Shown: positions 19,601 through 26,451 of the stretch, piece after piece | How the letters are laid out: each line of letters begins with the position of its first letter | Numbering within the stretch: the first letter of the stretch is position 1 | Origin: Pedosphaera sp. | GTDB taxonomy: Bacteria > Verrucomicrobiota > Verrucomicrobiia > Limisphaerales > SIBE01 | Direction: 5' to 3' | DNA length: 64,000 nucleotides | NCBI GenBank assembly: GCA_009695265.1 | Contig: SIBE01000001.1 | Coordinates: forward strand, 45-64,044 | Program-made: the position numbers and the translations under genes | The notes under the pieces: model-generated | Told to the model about the DNA's origin: nothing | What the model saw: the letters and a program-made list of their open reading frames with translations, nothing else | The model's database searches: none

Positions 19601-19943
19601 GCCGGCCGTCACCGTAGCCTGCATCTGCAAGGGCTTGCTTCGCCGCGACAAGGCTGAGGAGTTGGGTGGTGTCCGTGGCTTCGACATCTTTTGGCGAGAT
19701 CCCGAACTCCATGGGGTTGAACGTGACGGGCGACAGGAAGCCGCCGCGCATGGCATATGTGCGATCCGGTGACTTTGGGTCCTTGTCAAAATAATCCGCG
19801 ATGTTCCAGTGGGAACCCACCGGGACAGGAGTGATGGCGTCCACGCCGTTCTTGATGTTCGCCCAATAAGCGCGGAGGTTTTCCGCCTTCGGGAAGAGAC
19901 AGCTGATGCCAACTATGGCGATGGGACAGGGCTCGCTGGTCAT
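13620..19943 (-). CDS. pfaA: PUFA-synthase subunit PfaA-like: KS - AT - ACP - ACP - KR - PKS-type DH
   Basis: 2107 aa.
- KS: DAACASS (Cys208, nt 19320-19322), HGTGTKVGD and GHTKAAAG.
- AT: GHSYGE (Ser676, nt 17916-17918).
- A long Ala/Pro/Ser-rich linker.
- Two ACPs with LGIDSIKRVE (Ser1164 nt 16452-16454; Ser1260 nt 16164-16166).
- KR: SGGARGVTG (about nt 15290-15325).
- DH: HAFNGRAVLP (His1844, nt 14412-14414). Confidence 0.92.
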   Translation of the reverse strand: MTSEPCPIAIVGISCLFPKAENLRAYWANIKNGVDAITPVPVGSHWNIADYFDKDPKSPDRTYAMRGGFLSPVTFNPMEFGISPKDVEATDTTQLLSLVAAKQALADAGYGDGRPFNRERTSVILGVTGALELVIPLGARLGHPIWRKALRDAGVEGEVAEDVVQRISDSYVGWQENSFPGLLGNVAAGRIASRLDLGGTNCVVDAACASSLAAIHLASLELSAGLSDMVITGGVDTFNDIFMYLCFSKTPALSPTGDAKPFDKDCDGTILGEGLGILVLKRLADAEKDGDRVYAVLKGMGSSSDGRGNAIYAPRADGQKLALQRAYKNAGASPQTMGLIEAHGTGTKVGDATELSSLTEIFQAPLHQEPWCALGSVKSQIGHTKAAAGVAGFIKAAMALHQKILPPTIKVSQPIEEAAPGKSPFYVNTRKRPWLPVKSHPRRAGVSALGFGGTNFHCILEEHGKAKPCVDWDGDVEILAFQSDRLEALRAQISAHPTDMRWQDFRRAARKSREQFDRSSQYRLLIVVTNDSDRASLKETALKMLEKNQEKSSWAAPVGIAFGSGKAHGMLGALFPGQGSQYVGMLRDLACQFPGMLDALAEADAVFADDPDHAKCKKLSDFIYPHPAFSDEARRQQEESLKATDIAQPALGAVSIGAFSVLAYFGVAPEAACGHSYGELLALCGAGRIKPEALHHLSNLRGRLMARTNGNGNGDRGAMLAVQADEEAVRQFLAEENGHLVVANRNSPKQFVLAGSVEHIEKAAGELTKRSIRTRVLQVSAAFHSPLVADALGPFAAALENVSFSKGRIPVYANTTGREYPKTAKQARELLANQIVRPVNFMEQVRAMHADGVRTFIEVGPGHVLIDLVQSILFSRDVETIAIDASKGNRSGTFDLAFALSRLASLGHEVTLDRWENPPESAESALGKPALTIQLTGANYRSPATPRPPVSRASAPVERVLSESPRHSPKYAVSPGAIATGTAKVSDHSANRAVPSPTSMPPADVAGALRTTQEGILALQRLHEHTAQLHKQFLEGQDSARRAVQAMLGSQVVASPSVAADPGTATAWGPQREGNRSQTVRAPALETSTASAQAIPNQNAARADDASSQPLPAAKSPAHQPGSKPADRSSYDKAVLEVVAEKTGYPVEMLSLDMGMDADLGIDSIKRVEIMAALRSKLPGSPEIKPEHLGTLQTLGEVVLFLENGAPASPQEEPEIETHEPIKHDDVPRILLAVVAEKTGYPVEMLNLGMGLDTDLGIDSIKRVEIMASLRSQLPRSPEIKPEHLGSLQTLQQIVDFLHSPSGGEAPIAAPAVAEKESARLIPGILRQVVRPVDLAGRSQRKAISIRAGASVWLTDDGSELAAITVDRLQALGFSVHRGDLQTGFNRPDLAAPEALVILTPSKGSHETFLKDAFRLIQRAGPALRESGNRTGALLLTVSRLDGAFGFGSLNGKSDPISGGLAGLVKTARREWPEVHCKALDINPENFLPQTAAEQIVSELFLEGPVEVGLSDKCRVSLEVTLAPAGNGTEIAPLALGDVLIVSGGARGVTGEAALAIARAFRPIMVLLGRSQLAENEPAWLNGLSSPEEIKKSLFKNQNGKTQPKDLESRYRDLMAQREIRAQLRRLEAVGARAIYKSVDVRESVEVSRVICDVREEFGPIKGLVHGAGVLADRLIEDKTDEQFDLVYGTKVSGLRNLLAALSLDNLRVIALFSSYTGRYGRIGQIDYAAANEVLNKLAQAESRRRPDSRVVSVNWGPWNGGMVTPGLRKVFEQEGVGLIEPEAGAAFLLREICSSENRAVEVLAIAPSPNVHTTNSPTTLPAEQSVAFDQRVGITSLPCLTSHAFNGRAVLPAALMIEWIAQAALHHNPGMTFHGFDGFKVLKGVVVEANQSVLISLKTSAGAWRNDCFVVPVRITSEREGRVTLHAQAEVLLAPNGLPTPPRPRLVMEAGAGFSNPYARGILFHGDAFHGIEKVEACAESGISAVVKSAPAPSAWIQHPLRSAWVADPLVLDSTFQLLILWSSAHRGAPSLPCAIDRYRQYVGAFPKDGIQIRIATSRGNGPIASAAVEIIDPQGNLIASMEGCECVVDAALRDAFRSNGLELEK
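16044..16556 (-). repeat. Tandem duplication encoding the two ACP domains of PfaA (period 288 nt / 96 aa)
   Basis: ACP1 is aa 1130-1204 (nt 16332-16556) and ACP2 is aa 1227-1300 (nt 16044-16265). They share VVAEKTGYPVEML.L.MG.D.DLGIDSIKRVEIMA.LRS.LP.SPEIKPEHLG.LQTL. The DNA copies are clearly alignable by eye. Confidence 0.85.
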
Positions 19944-21610
19944 GTGTTCATTGCTTCGCGCATTGTTGCTGGCTCCAGAGGATGCACGCTCGCCAAGCCC
20001 GCTGGCAAGCGAATCCCTTGAAGGCTTAGGAAATGCTGGCGTAGCAGCGCCGCAGCGCCGTGCAACAGGTTATGCGCTACCACCACCACTTTGCGGTTCT
20101 CAGGTTTCTCAAGAAACGTGCCTCGTGTCCATTCGTTAAAGGCACCCATCGCAGGACCACACCAGATCTGATAGTCCATCGTCCGAGAAGGCTCACCGCT
20201 GTTTGCCCACCTCGAACTTAAGCCTAGATAGGATCGAAATACGAGCGCCATTTTGTGCTTCGGATCTCGCTCAGCGCGCTCGACTTGTCGCGGCTCCCGT
20301 TTCAAAAAGAACTCGCGCGTCCCCCGCCATGCCTCCTCCAGAGGAACTCGAAGCAACTGTTTCTCAACAAAAGCCCGGTCCGGTTCGGGCAGGGAATCAA
20401 GGCTGGGATAGGTGCGATACAACTCGTAAAGCCGGCTTGCGCGCATAGGAAACATGGTTCCTCGCTTGAGCACCTGCACTTTGACCCCCATTTCGAACAT
20501 GTCGGCCGCTGGAGCCATGGCAACATCCGCCTGTTCAGCCTGGGCGAGCATTTGGCGAACAGCATCACAACTTCCGGACTCCACGCAAGCTTGATTTATC
20601 GAGCCGGTGACAACATACGCGGCTCCCATCGCAAACGCACCAGCCACCGACGACGGCGTCGATAACCCACCCGCCGCACCGATGCGTGGTGTGCGCTCGT
20701 AACGGTATCGGGCTTGGATCCTATCTCGGAGCGCTAAAAGAGTGGGGAGCAGAGTCACAAGAGGGCGGTTGTCAGTGTGGCCCGCCGAATCAGCCTCCGC
20801 CGTCACATCACCCGCCATAGGTATTTCCGACGCCATTGCAGCTTGGTCGAGCGTGAGTTCGTTCTTCCGAACGAGTTCGCTCAGTAACTCATGAGGAGGA
20901 GGTGACAAAAACTGAGTTGCTACTTCAACTCTGGAAACTTTAGCGATAACGGAGTTTGGTAATCGAATATTTCCTACCTGATCTCGGTGAATTCCGGCGA
21001 CTCGGTATCGGACGATTGGAAGCGTGAGTCGGAGATAAGCAGAAGCTTCGACGAACCGCACGGCGCGCTGCACGTAGAGTGTTGAAACGGCGGATTCCAA
21101 TTCGGGTTCGTTGGGACTGTGGATGAGATTGAAGCCGTGCGGAGCATTTGGGATCGCCTCCGCCAGATGGACGATTGCTTCTTCAACTCGCGCTAGGCTG
21201 AGTCCTGCGGCCCCGAAAATCGCCAGCATGCTGGCCCGGGCCATTTCCTCCACTAAACGCGTGGACCCGATTCCATTGGCCATGGCGCCCGCGACGTAGG
21301 CGTAACGGACGGCATGGTTTCTGATGAACCCAGGGTCTCCCAAGCACTCGGGGCCGATGGCGGGAATATACGCGTTGAGGGTTCCAGGGCTCTCCTTTGG
21401 ATGACAACCGCAAAAGGTGAGAGTGTCTGCCTCCCCGTTCGCCAGCCGTAGAACGCCGTTGTCGCGATTCTTTAGTAGAAAGAGGGGAGATCGCAGGCGT
21501 CCGATGGCGCGAGCCAATTCGGATTCGTCCGCAACAGAGGATGAACTCTTGCATTCGAGCCGCCTCAAAGACCCGGGATCCGAGGTTTCAGTTGCTGTTC
21601 GTTTTGCCAT
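19940..21610 (-). CDS. pfaD: PfaD-family enoyl reductase (2-nitropropane-dioxygenase-like, FMN) of PUFA/polyketide synthase
   Basis: 556 aa. YAYVAGAMANGIGSTRLVEEMARASMLAIFGAAGL and the later GAAGGLSTPSSVAGAFAMGAAYVVTGS are typical PfaD motifs. Its TGA stop overlaps the pfaA ATG (ATGA at 19940-19943). Confidence 0.9.
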   Translation of the reverse strand: MAKRTATETSDPGSLRRLECKSSSSVADESELARAIGRLRSPLFLLKNRDNGVLRLANGEADTLTFCGCHPKESPGTLNAYIPAIGPECLGDPGFIRNHAVRYAYVAGAMANGIGSTRLVEEMARASMLAIFGAAGLSLARVEEAIVHLAEAIPNAPHGFNLIHSPNEPELESAVSTLYVQRAVRFVEASAYLRLTLPIVRYRVAGIHRDQVGNIRLPNSVIAKVSRVEVATQFLSPPPHELLSELVRKNELTLDQAAMASEIPMAGDVTAEADSAGHTDNRPLVTLLPTLLALRDRIQARYRYERTPRIGAAGGLSTPSSVAGAFAMGAAYVVTGSINQACVESGSCDAVRQMLAQAEQADVAMAPAADMFEMGVKVQVLKRGTMFPMRASRLYELYRTYPSLDSLPEPDRAFVEKQLLRVPLEEAWRGTREFFLKREPRQVERAERDPKHKMALVFRSYLGLSSRWANSGEPSRTMDYQIWCGPAMGAFNEWTRGTFLEKPENRKVVVVAHNLLHGAAALLRQHFLSLQGIRLPAGLASVHPLEPATMREAMNT

Positions 21611-22111
21611 TCGTGCCGGCCATCACAACAGGTTTTGGCCCGCAACAGTAGGCTTCCTGTTCTCTGTTGTCCGAAACCAAAGCCTCTTCATGAGGAAGGG
21701 CGGCCGCGATTCCACAGGAAAATGATTCGTTTTACAATCCTTGATCTGCGACGACCACTTCCGGCGATGCGCCGGAGGATGCCAACGACACGGTGGCGTT
21801 TTGTGACATATGCGTGTTCGACTTGAAAGAAACTTGGAATTCGGTCGGTGAAAATGACTGAGGAAAATGTTTGTCGGTCGGCTCCGAAAGCATAAGCTCG
21901 TTGCCAATGAACCCGGCGCACGAGGAATTCTCCATGGACCACAGCGCGTCGAAGAAGCATTTTCCTGTCAGCTCTACACTCAACAAACCGAACGATTTCT
22001 CATCTTTCACAAGATAGAACGAACCAGTGTTCGTGAAGCGTTTAGTCACCAGCACGCATTAGAAAATCAGATCGACAACCCCTATTTCAAGACCCTTAAT
22101 TCTGTTGACGC

Positions 22112-24271
22112 ATGAACCTTAGTAAGCCTTTACGTCTCATTGGACTTCAATTCGTCCTGACCGGCCTCTCGGTTTTTTCACTGACCAGCTTCGCCGCCAG
22201 CCCGGGAGGCTCGATTGCGTCTCGGACTGCCCGGCCGCAGGCGGACGCAGATTGGTCCACTTACCTGGGCGATAAGGGTCGGAGCCATTACTCGCCCCTC
22301 CGACAGATCAACCGGAGGAACGTCACTCAACTCAAGGTCGCGTGGACTTACGATACTGGGGATAAGGGCGAGTATCAGGCGAATAACCTCATAATCAATG
22401 GCGTGCTCTACACGCCCTCACCGACCCGCAAGGTCATCGCGTTGGACGCCGCCACAGGGCGCGAACTCTGGAAGTGGCATCCCGCGACCGAGCGTTCTGG
22501 AGCGGGCGGTGGACGGCAACGTGGCCTCGTTTACTGGCGAAGCAAAGCTGGCGATGAACAGTATCTATTCACCGCTGTTGGTAACTATCTATTCGCGCTG
22601 GACGCGAAAACCGGCGTCTCCATCCGCACCTTTGGAGAGAACGGCTCTCTCCATCTCGGCACCGGACTGGATACCGCAGGCACTCCCAACGTCGGCCTCA
22701 ATACGCCCGGCATCATCTACAAAGACCTTTTGATCGTTGGTGGAATCGGCGGACCCGGTGCGCTCCGGGCTTTGGATGTCCGGACTGGCAAGCGTCGGTG
22801 GATCTTCCATCTGATTCCACGGCCCGGCGAAGTCGGCTACGAAACCTGGCCCCAGGATGCCTACAAAACCGCCACTGGGCTGATGCCTTGGTGTGGCCAG
22901 TCTCTCGATGAAAAACGCGGAATCGTTTACGTCGCAACCAAAACTGCGGAGCCCGATTTTTTTGGCGGCGACCGTCACGGGATGAACCTGTTCGCCAATA
23001 GTCTTGTGGCTCTGGATGCGGCAACCGGAAAGCGCCTGTGGCATTTCCAGATCGTCCATCACGATCTGCTGGACAAGGATCTGCCCTGTCCACCAGTCCT
23101 CTTGAGAGTGAAACACGGCGGGAAGATGGTGGACGCTGTTGCTCAAGGGACGAAGCACGGTCTGCTTTTTGTGTTCGATCGTGTGACCGGAACTCCTCTC
23201 TGGCCGATCGAAGAGAAGCCCGTTCCCCAGTCGGATCTCAGCCGAGAACAGGCCTGGCCCACTCAGCCTTTTCCGACTAAACCCGCGCCGCTCATGCGGC
23301 AGCATTATGGCGAAGAGGATGCTTCGACGATATCACCCGAAAGCAAGGCGATGACCTTGGATCGAATCCGCGTCTCACCCAACTTCGGACCATTTCCCGC
23401 CCCGAGCCTCAAGGAAACCATCATGTTCCCTGGGTTCGATGGCGGCATGGAATGGGGTGGCGGCGCGGCCGATCCTGACGGGGTGTACTACGTCAATGTG
23501 AACGAGATCCCCTGGGTTATGCAGATGGTTGAAACCCGCCACGCCGACGGCTCTCCCTTGGTGCGGGGCGAGCGCGAATACATGCTCTACTGCGCTCCTT
23601 GCCACGGACTCGACAAGACCGGAAATATCCTCGGTGGTTTTCCATCGCTCATTGATGTGATCAAGCGACGTCCGCGCGATCAGATTTCACAGATCACCAA
23701 GCAAGGAGCCGGGCGCATGCCCGCGTTTGATCAGATTCCAGATGCACTGCGCGAAGCCATCCTTGAATTCGTTCTGAATCCCACGCCGCCTTCCGCCTCC
23801 CGCCACGAAGAGGGCGCCAGTGCTCCGGCGACCTCGAGCAAACCTCCGTCGTACGCTTTCGGTGGTTTCCGCCGCTGGATAGACAACGAAGGTTACCCCG
23901 CGATCAAGCCCCCGTGGGGCACCTTGAACGCCGTGGACTTGAATACAGGTGAAATCAAATGGAAGGTGCCGCTCGGCGAATATAGCAAGTTGAAGGCTCG
24001 CGGCATCCCGCCCACTGGCACCGAGAATTACGGCGGTCCCGTAGTGACTGCTGGAGGACTCATCTTCATCGCAGCCACCGCCGACGAAACCATTAGGGCT
24101 TTCGACAAGAATACGGGCTCTGTTCTCTGGCAGGCGCCTCTCCCCTTCGGTGGCAATGCCACGCCAAGCGTTTACATGGTCAATGGCCGGCAATACGTTG
24201 TCATTTCTGCGGGTGGAGGAAAGTCCGGCCGTCCAGCCGGTGGCAGTCTGGTGGCTTTCGCCCTGCCTTAA
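22112..24271 (+). CDS. Secreted PQQ-dependent dehydrogenase (glucose/quinate/alcohol family beta-propeller) with embedded c-type cytochrome module
   Basis: 719 aa. Signal peptide (LTGLSVFSLTSFAASP). PQQ-dehydrogenase N-terminal signature DWSTYLGDKGRSHYSPLRQINRRNVTQLKVAWTY, with repeated propeller blades. Internal heme-c site CAPCH (nt 23591-23605) with a downstream GRMPAF Met ligand. The propeller resumes after it (LNAVDLNTGEIKWKVPLG ... IRAFDKNTGSVLWQ). Confidence 0.85.
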   Translation: MNLSKPLRLIGLQFVLTGLSVFSLTSFAASPGGSIASRTARPQADADWSTYLGDKGRSHYSPLRQINRRNVTQLKVAWTYDTGDKGEYQANNLIINGVLYTPSPTRKVIALDAATGRELWKWHPATERSGAGGGRQRGLVYWRSKAGDEQYLFTAVGNYLFALDAKTGVSIRTFGENGSLHLGTGLDTAGTPNVGLNTPGIIYKDLLIVGGIGGPGALRALDVRTGKRRWIFHLIPRPGEVGYETWPQDAYKTATGLMPWCGQSLDEKRGIVYVATKTAEPDFFGGDRHGMNLFANSLVALDAATGKRLWHFQIVHHDLLDKDLPCPPVLLRVKHGGKMVDAVAQGTKHGLLFVFDRVTGTPLWPIEEKPVPQSDLSREQAWPTQPFPTKPAPLMRQHYGEEDASTISPESKAMTLDRIRVSPNFGPFPAPSLKETIMFPGFDGGMEWGGGAADPDGVYYVNVNEIPWVMQMVETRHADGSPLVRGEREYMLYCAPCHGLDKTGNILGGFPSLIDVIKRRPRDQISQITKQGAGRMPAFDQIPDALREAILEFVLNPTPPSASRHEEGASAPATSSKPPSYAFGGFRRWIDNEGYPAIKPPWGTLNAVDLNTGEIKWKVPLGEYSKLKARGIPPTGTENYGGPVVTAGGLIFIAATADETIRAFDKNTGSVLWQAPLPFGGNATPSVYMVNGRQYVVISAGGGKSGRPAGGSLVAFALP

Positions 24272-24417
24272 ACACGAGCAATTCTCTCTTTGGTCTCTGG
24301 CGATACGAGCAGCCCTTTGAAGTTATGAAGTTCGGGGTTTGTTCCCTTGTGTTCTCGGAAGCAAATTCCTTGGATCAGTCTTGGCAAACCGGTTGGGTCC
24401 TGAGATAACCCGCACGC

Positions 24418-25365
24418 ATGGGTTCCGTTTACATTCAGGCCAACACCGACGGTAAGCTTCATTCGGCCGAGAAGCCGAGCATCTCCCCGCTCAATCGCGG
24501 TTTTCTCTACGGTGATGCCATCTACGAAGTGTGGCGCACTTACGACGGCATTCTCTTCGCGTGGGATGAGCATTGGCACCGGCTTCAACGATCCGCGCAG
24601 GCGCTCGGCTTCTTGTTGGCGTTCACGCAGGCGGATCTGCTCAACCAAATCAAGAGGACTGTCTCGGCGTTCCGCCGCAAGTCCGGTGCGACCGCGGACC
24701 TTTACATTCGACTGCAAGTCACGCGTGGCGCGGGTGTCATCGGACTGAACACCGTGCTCGCGGATAAACTCAGCTATGTGCTTTTGATTCAGACATTGAA
24801 ACCGCCCGCTCTTGAGCAGGTCGCCCGTGGCATCAAGTTAGGCGTTGCGAAATCGCTGCATCGCAATCATCCCTCCACGCTCAACCCGTCGTGGAAGACC
24901 GGCAATTACCTCAACAACATCCTCTGCCTGCGCGAAGCCCTCGCCGCCGGGGCCGAGGAAGTGGTGATGACCAACCTCGCCGGAGAGATCACCGAGTCCG
25001 CCGTGGCCAACATCGCCTTCGTGCGCGATGGCGCTCTGCATACGCCGCCGCTGAGCGTGGGCATTCTCGAAGGCATCACGCGCGCGGTGTTGGTTGGCCC
25101 AGTGGCGCGCGCGGCAGGGGTGGCTGTCCACGAAACAGCCATCCGACCGGAGGATCTGGCGTCGTTCACGGAATGTTTCCTGACCGGCACGACTCGCGAA
25201 ATTCATTCGGTTAGCTCAATTGACGACACGCGATTCACCGTGGGCCCGGACACCGTGACGGCGAAATTGCAGCGAGCCTTCGCGGACTACACCCGTGCTT
25301 ATATCTCGAAACATCGCCGCCTCCGAGTGTTGCCGAGAGCGCCAAAGCCGTTGAGCCCAAGCTGA
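24418..25365 (+). CDS. Class IV (fold type IV) PLP aminotransferase (branched-chain/D-amino-acid aminotransferase or aminodeoxychorismate-lyase-like)
   Basis: 315 aa. ISPLNRGFLYGDAIYEVWRTYDG, ...YIRLQVTRG..., WKTGNYLNNILCLREA, EVVMTNLAGEITESAVANIAFV and GILEGITR are the typical class IV motifs. Confidence 0.85.
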   Translation: MGSVYIQANTDGKLHSAEKPSISPLNRGFLYGDAIYEVWRTYDGILFAWDEHWHRLQRSAQALGFLLAFTQADLLNQIKRTVSAFRRKSGATADLYIRLQVTRGAGVIGLNTVLADKLSYVLLIQTLKPPALEQVARGIKLGVAKSLHRNHPSTLNPSWKTGNYLNNILCLREALAAGAEEVVMTNLAGEITESAVANIAFVRDGALHTPPLSVGILEGITRAVLVGPVARAAGVAVHETAIRPEDLASFTECFLTGTTREIHSVSSIDDTRFTVGPDTVTAKLQRAFADYTRAYISKHRRLRVLPRAPKPLSPS

Positions 25366-25419
25366 GAGTGGTCGAAGCTTCGGAGCACCACCGCCGCCGT
25401 CCAAACCAGTAACCGCATC

Positions 25420-26241
25420 ATGACAGTCATCCCCTCTCAGGATAATAAAAACAGCATGAACGCCACCGCATTCAACCTCACCTCCAAAACCGCCGTCATC
25501 ACCGGAGGAGCCTCCGGGATCGGGCTTGCCATTGCGAAACGCTTCGCTGAGCACGGAGCCGCCATCGAGATCATCGACCTGCAACAAACCGCGCTCGACG
25601 CCACCGTGACCGAACTCCGCAGTGCCGGCCACAGCGCGCATGGCGAGATATGCGATGTGAGCGATCCCGCTTGCGTGGATGCTGCTTTCGCCCGCATCGT
25701 CGCGCGTCACGAGCGCCTTCACGTCCTCGTGAACAACGCCGGCATCGCGCACGTCGGCAACGCGCTCACCACCACGGCGGAGGACTTCGCCCGCATCCAG
25801 CGTGTGAACGTGAATGGCGTCGCGTACTGCACGCAAGCCGCGTTGCGGAACATGACGACGAAAGGTGGCGGCGTTATTCTCAACATCGCGTCCACTCTCG
25901 CGCAGATGGCCATTGCGGATCGCTTCGCCTACGCGACCAGCAAAGGAGCAGTGCTCTCCATGACTTACTCGGTCGCGAAGGATTTTCTCAGTGCCGGCAT
26001 TCGCTGCAACGCGATCATGCCCGGCCGCATCCACACGCCTTTCGTCGATGGCTTCATCGCCAAAAACTATCCGGGCCGCGAAGGGGAAATGTTCGAGAAG
26101 CTGTCCAAGGCCCAGCCGATCGGTCGCATGGGCACACCGGATGAAGTAGCCGCTGCCGCGCACTTCCTCTGCAGTGACGAAGCCAGCTTCATCACCGGCT
26201 CCGCCTTTCCAGTGGACGGAGGCACATTGACCCTTCGCTGA
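25420..26241 (+). CDS. Short-chain dehydrogenase/reductase (SDR) family oxidoreductase
   Basis: 273 aa. TGGASGIGLAIAKRF cofactor motif, NNAGI, catalytic YATSKGAV (YxxxK) and a C-terminal ITGSAFPVDGG. Confidence 0.9.
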   Translation: MTVIPSQDNKNSMNATAFNLTSKTAVITGGASGIGLAIAKRFAEHGAAIEIIDLQQTALDATVTELRSAGHSAHGEICDVSDPACVDAAFARIVARHERLHVLVNNAGIAHVGNALTTTAEDFARIQRVNVNGVAYCTQAALRNMTTKGGGVILNIASTLAQMAIADRFAYATSKGAVLSMTYSVAKDFLSAGIRCNAIMPGRIHTPFVDGFIAKNYPGREGEMFEKLSKAQPIGRMGTPDEVAAAAHFLCSDEASFITGSAFPVDGGTLTLR

Positions 26242-26451
26242 GCCACACATCCATTACAAGATCGAGTGAAGCTGATCCTCTGTGACCAATCGAACGGCTC
26301 ACAGGCCAGCCTCATTCCCGGCTGCGTCGCAGGATGACAAAATCCCCCGGCCTCTCTGTCCGCGATAAGGTTAACTGCCTCCTTGCCCTCGCCCATGGGC
26401 GTTCCGTGCCACGCCCGGGCAGACTGGGATTGGGTTGGCGATTCGGCGCCC

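Noticed and set aside
21732-22055. 107-aa ORF in the pfaD upstream region, considered as a possible small regulator.
   Set aside because: It has no recognisable domain or HTH, overlaps two other equally plausible ORFs in other frames, and I saw no convincing ribosome-binding site. It is kept only as a note under the intergenic-region finding.
22589-23305. 238-aa minus-strand ORF.
   Set aside because: It is antisense to the PQQ dehydrogenase, has no motifs, and overlaps conserved propeller blades on the plus strand.
24268-24717. 149-aa minus-strand ORF spanning the gap between the PQQ dehydrogenase and the aminotransferase.
   Set aside because: Two thirds of it is antisense to the class IV aminotransferase N-terminus, which carries conserved motifs. 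It resembles no family.
25216-26250. 344-aa minus-strand ORF.
   Set aside because: It is antisense to the SDR gene, which has clear TGGxxGIG/YxxxK motifs. It has no motifs of its own and a GC-rich artefact composition.
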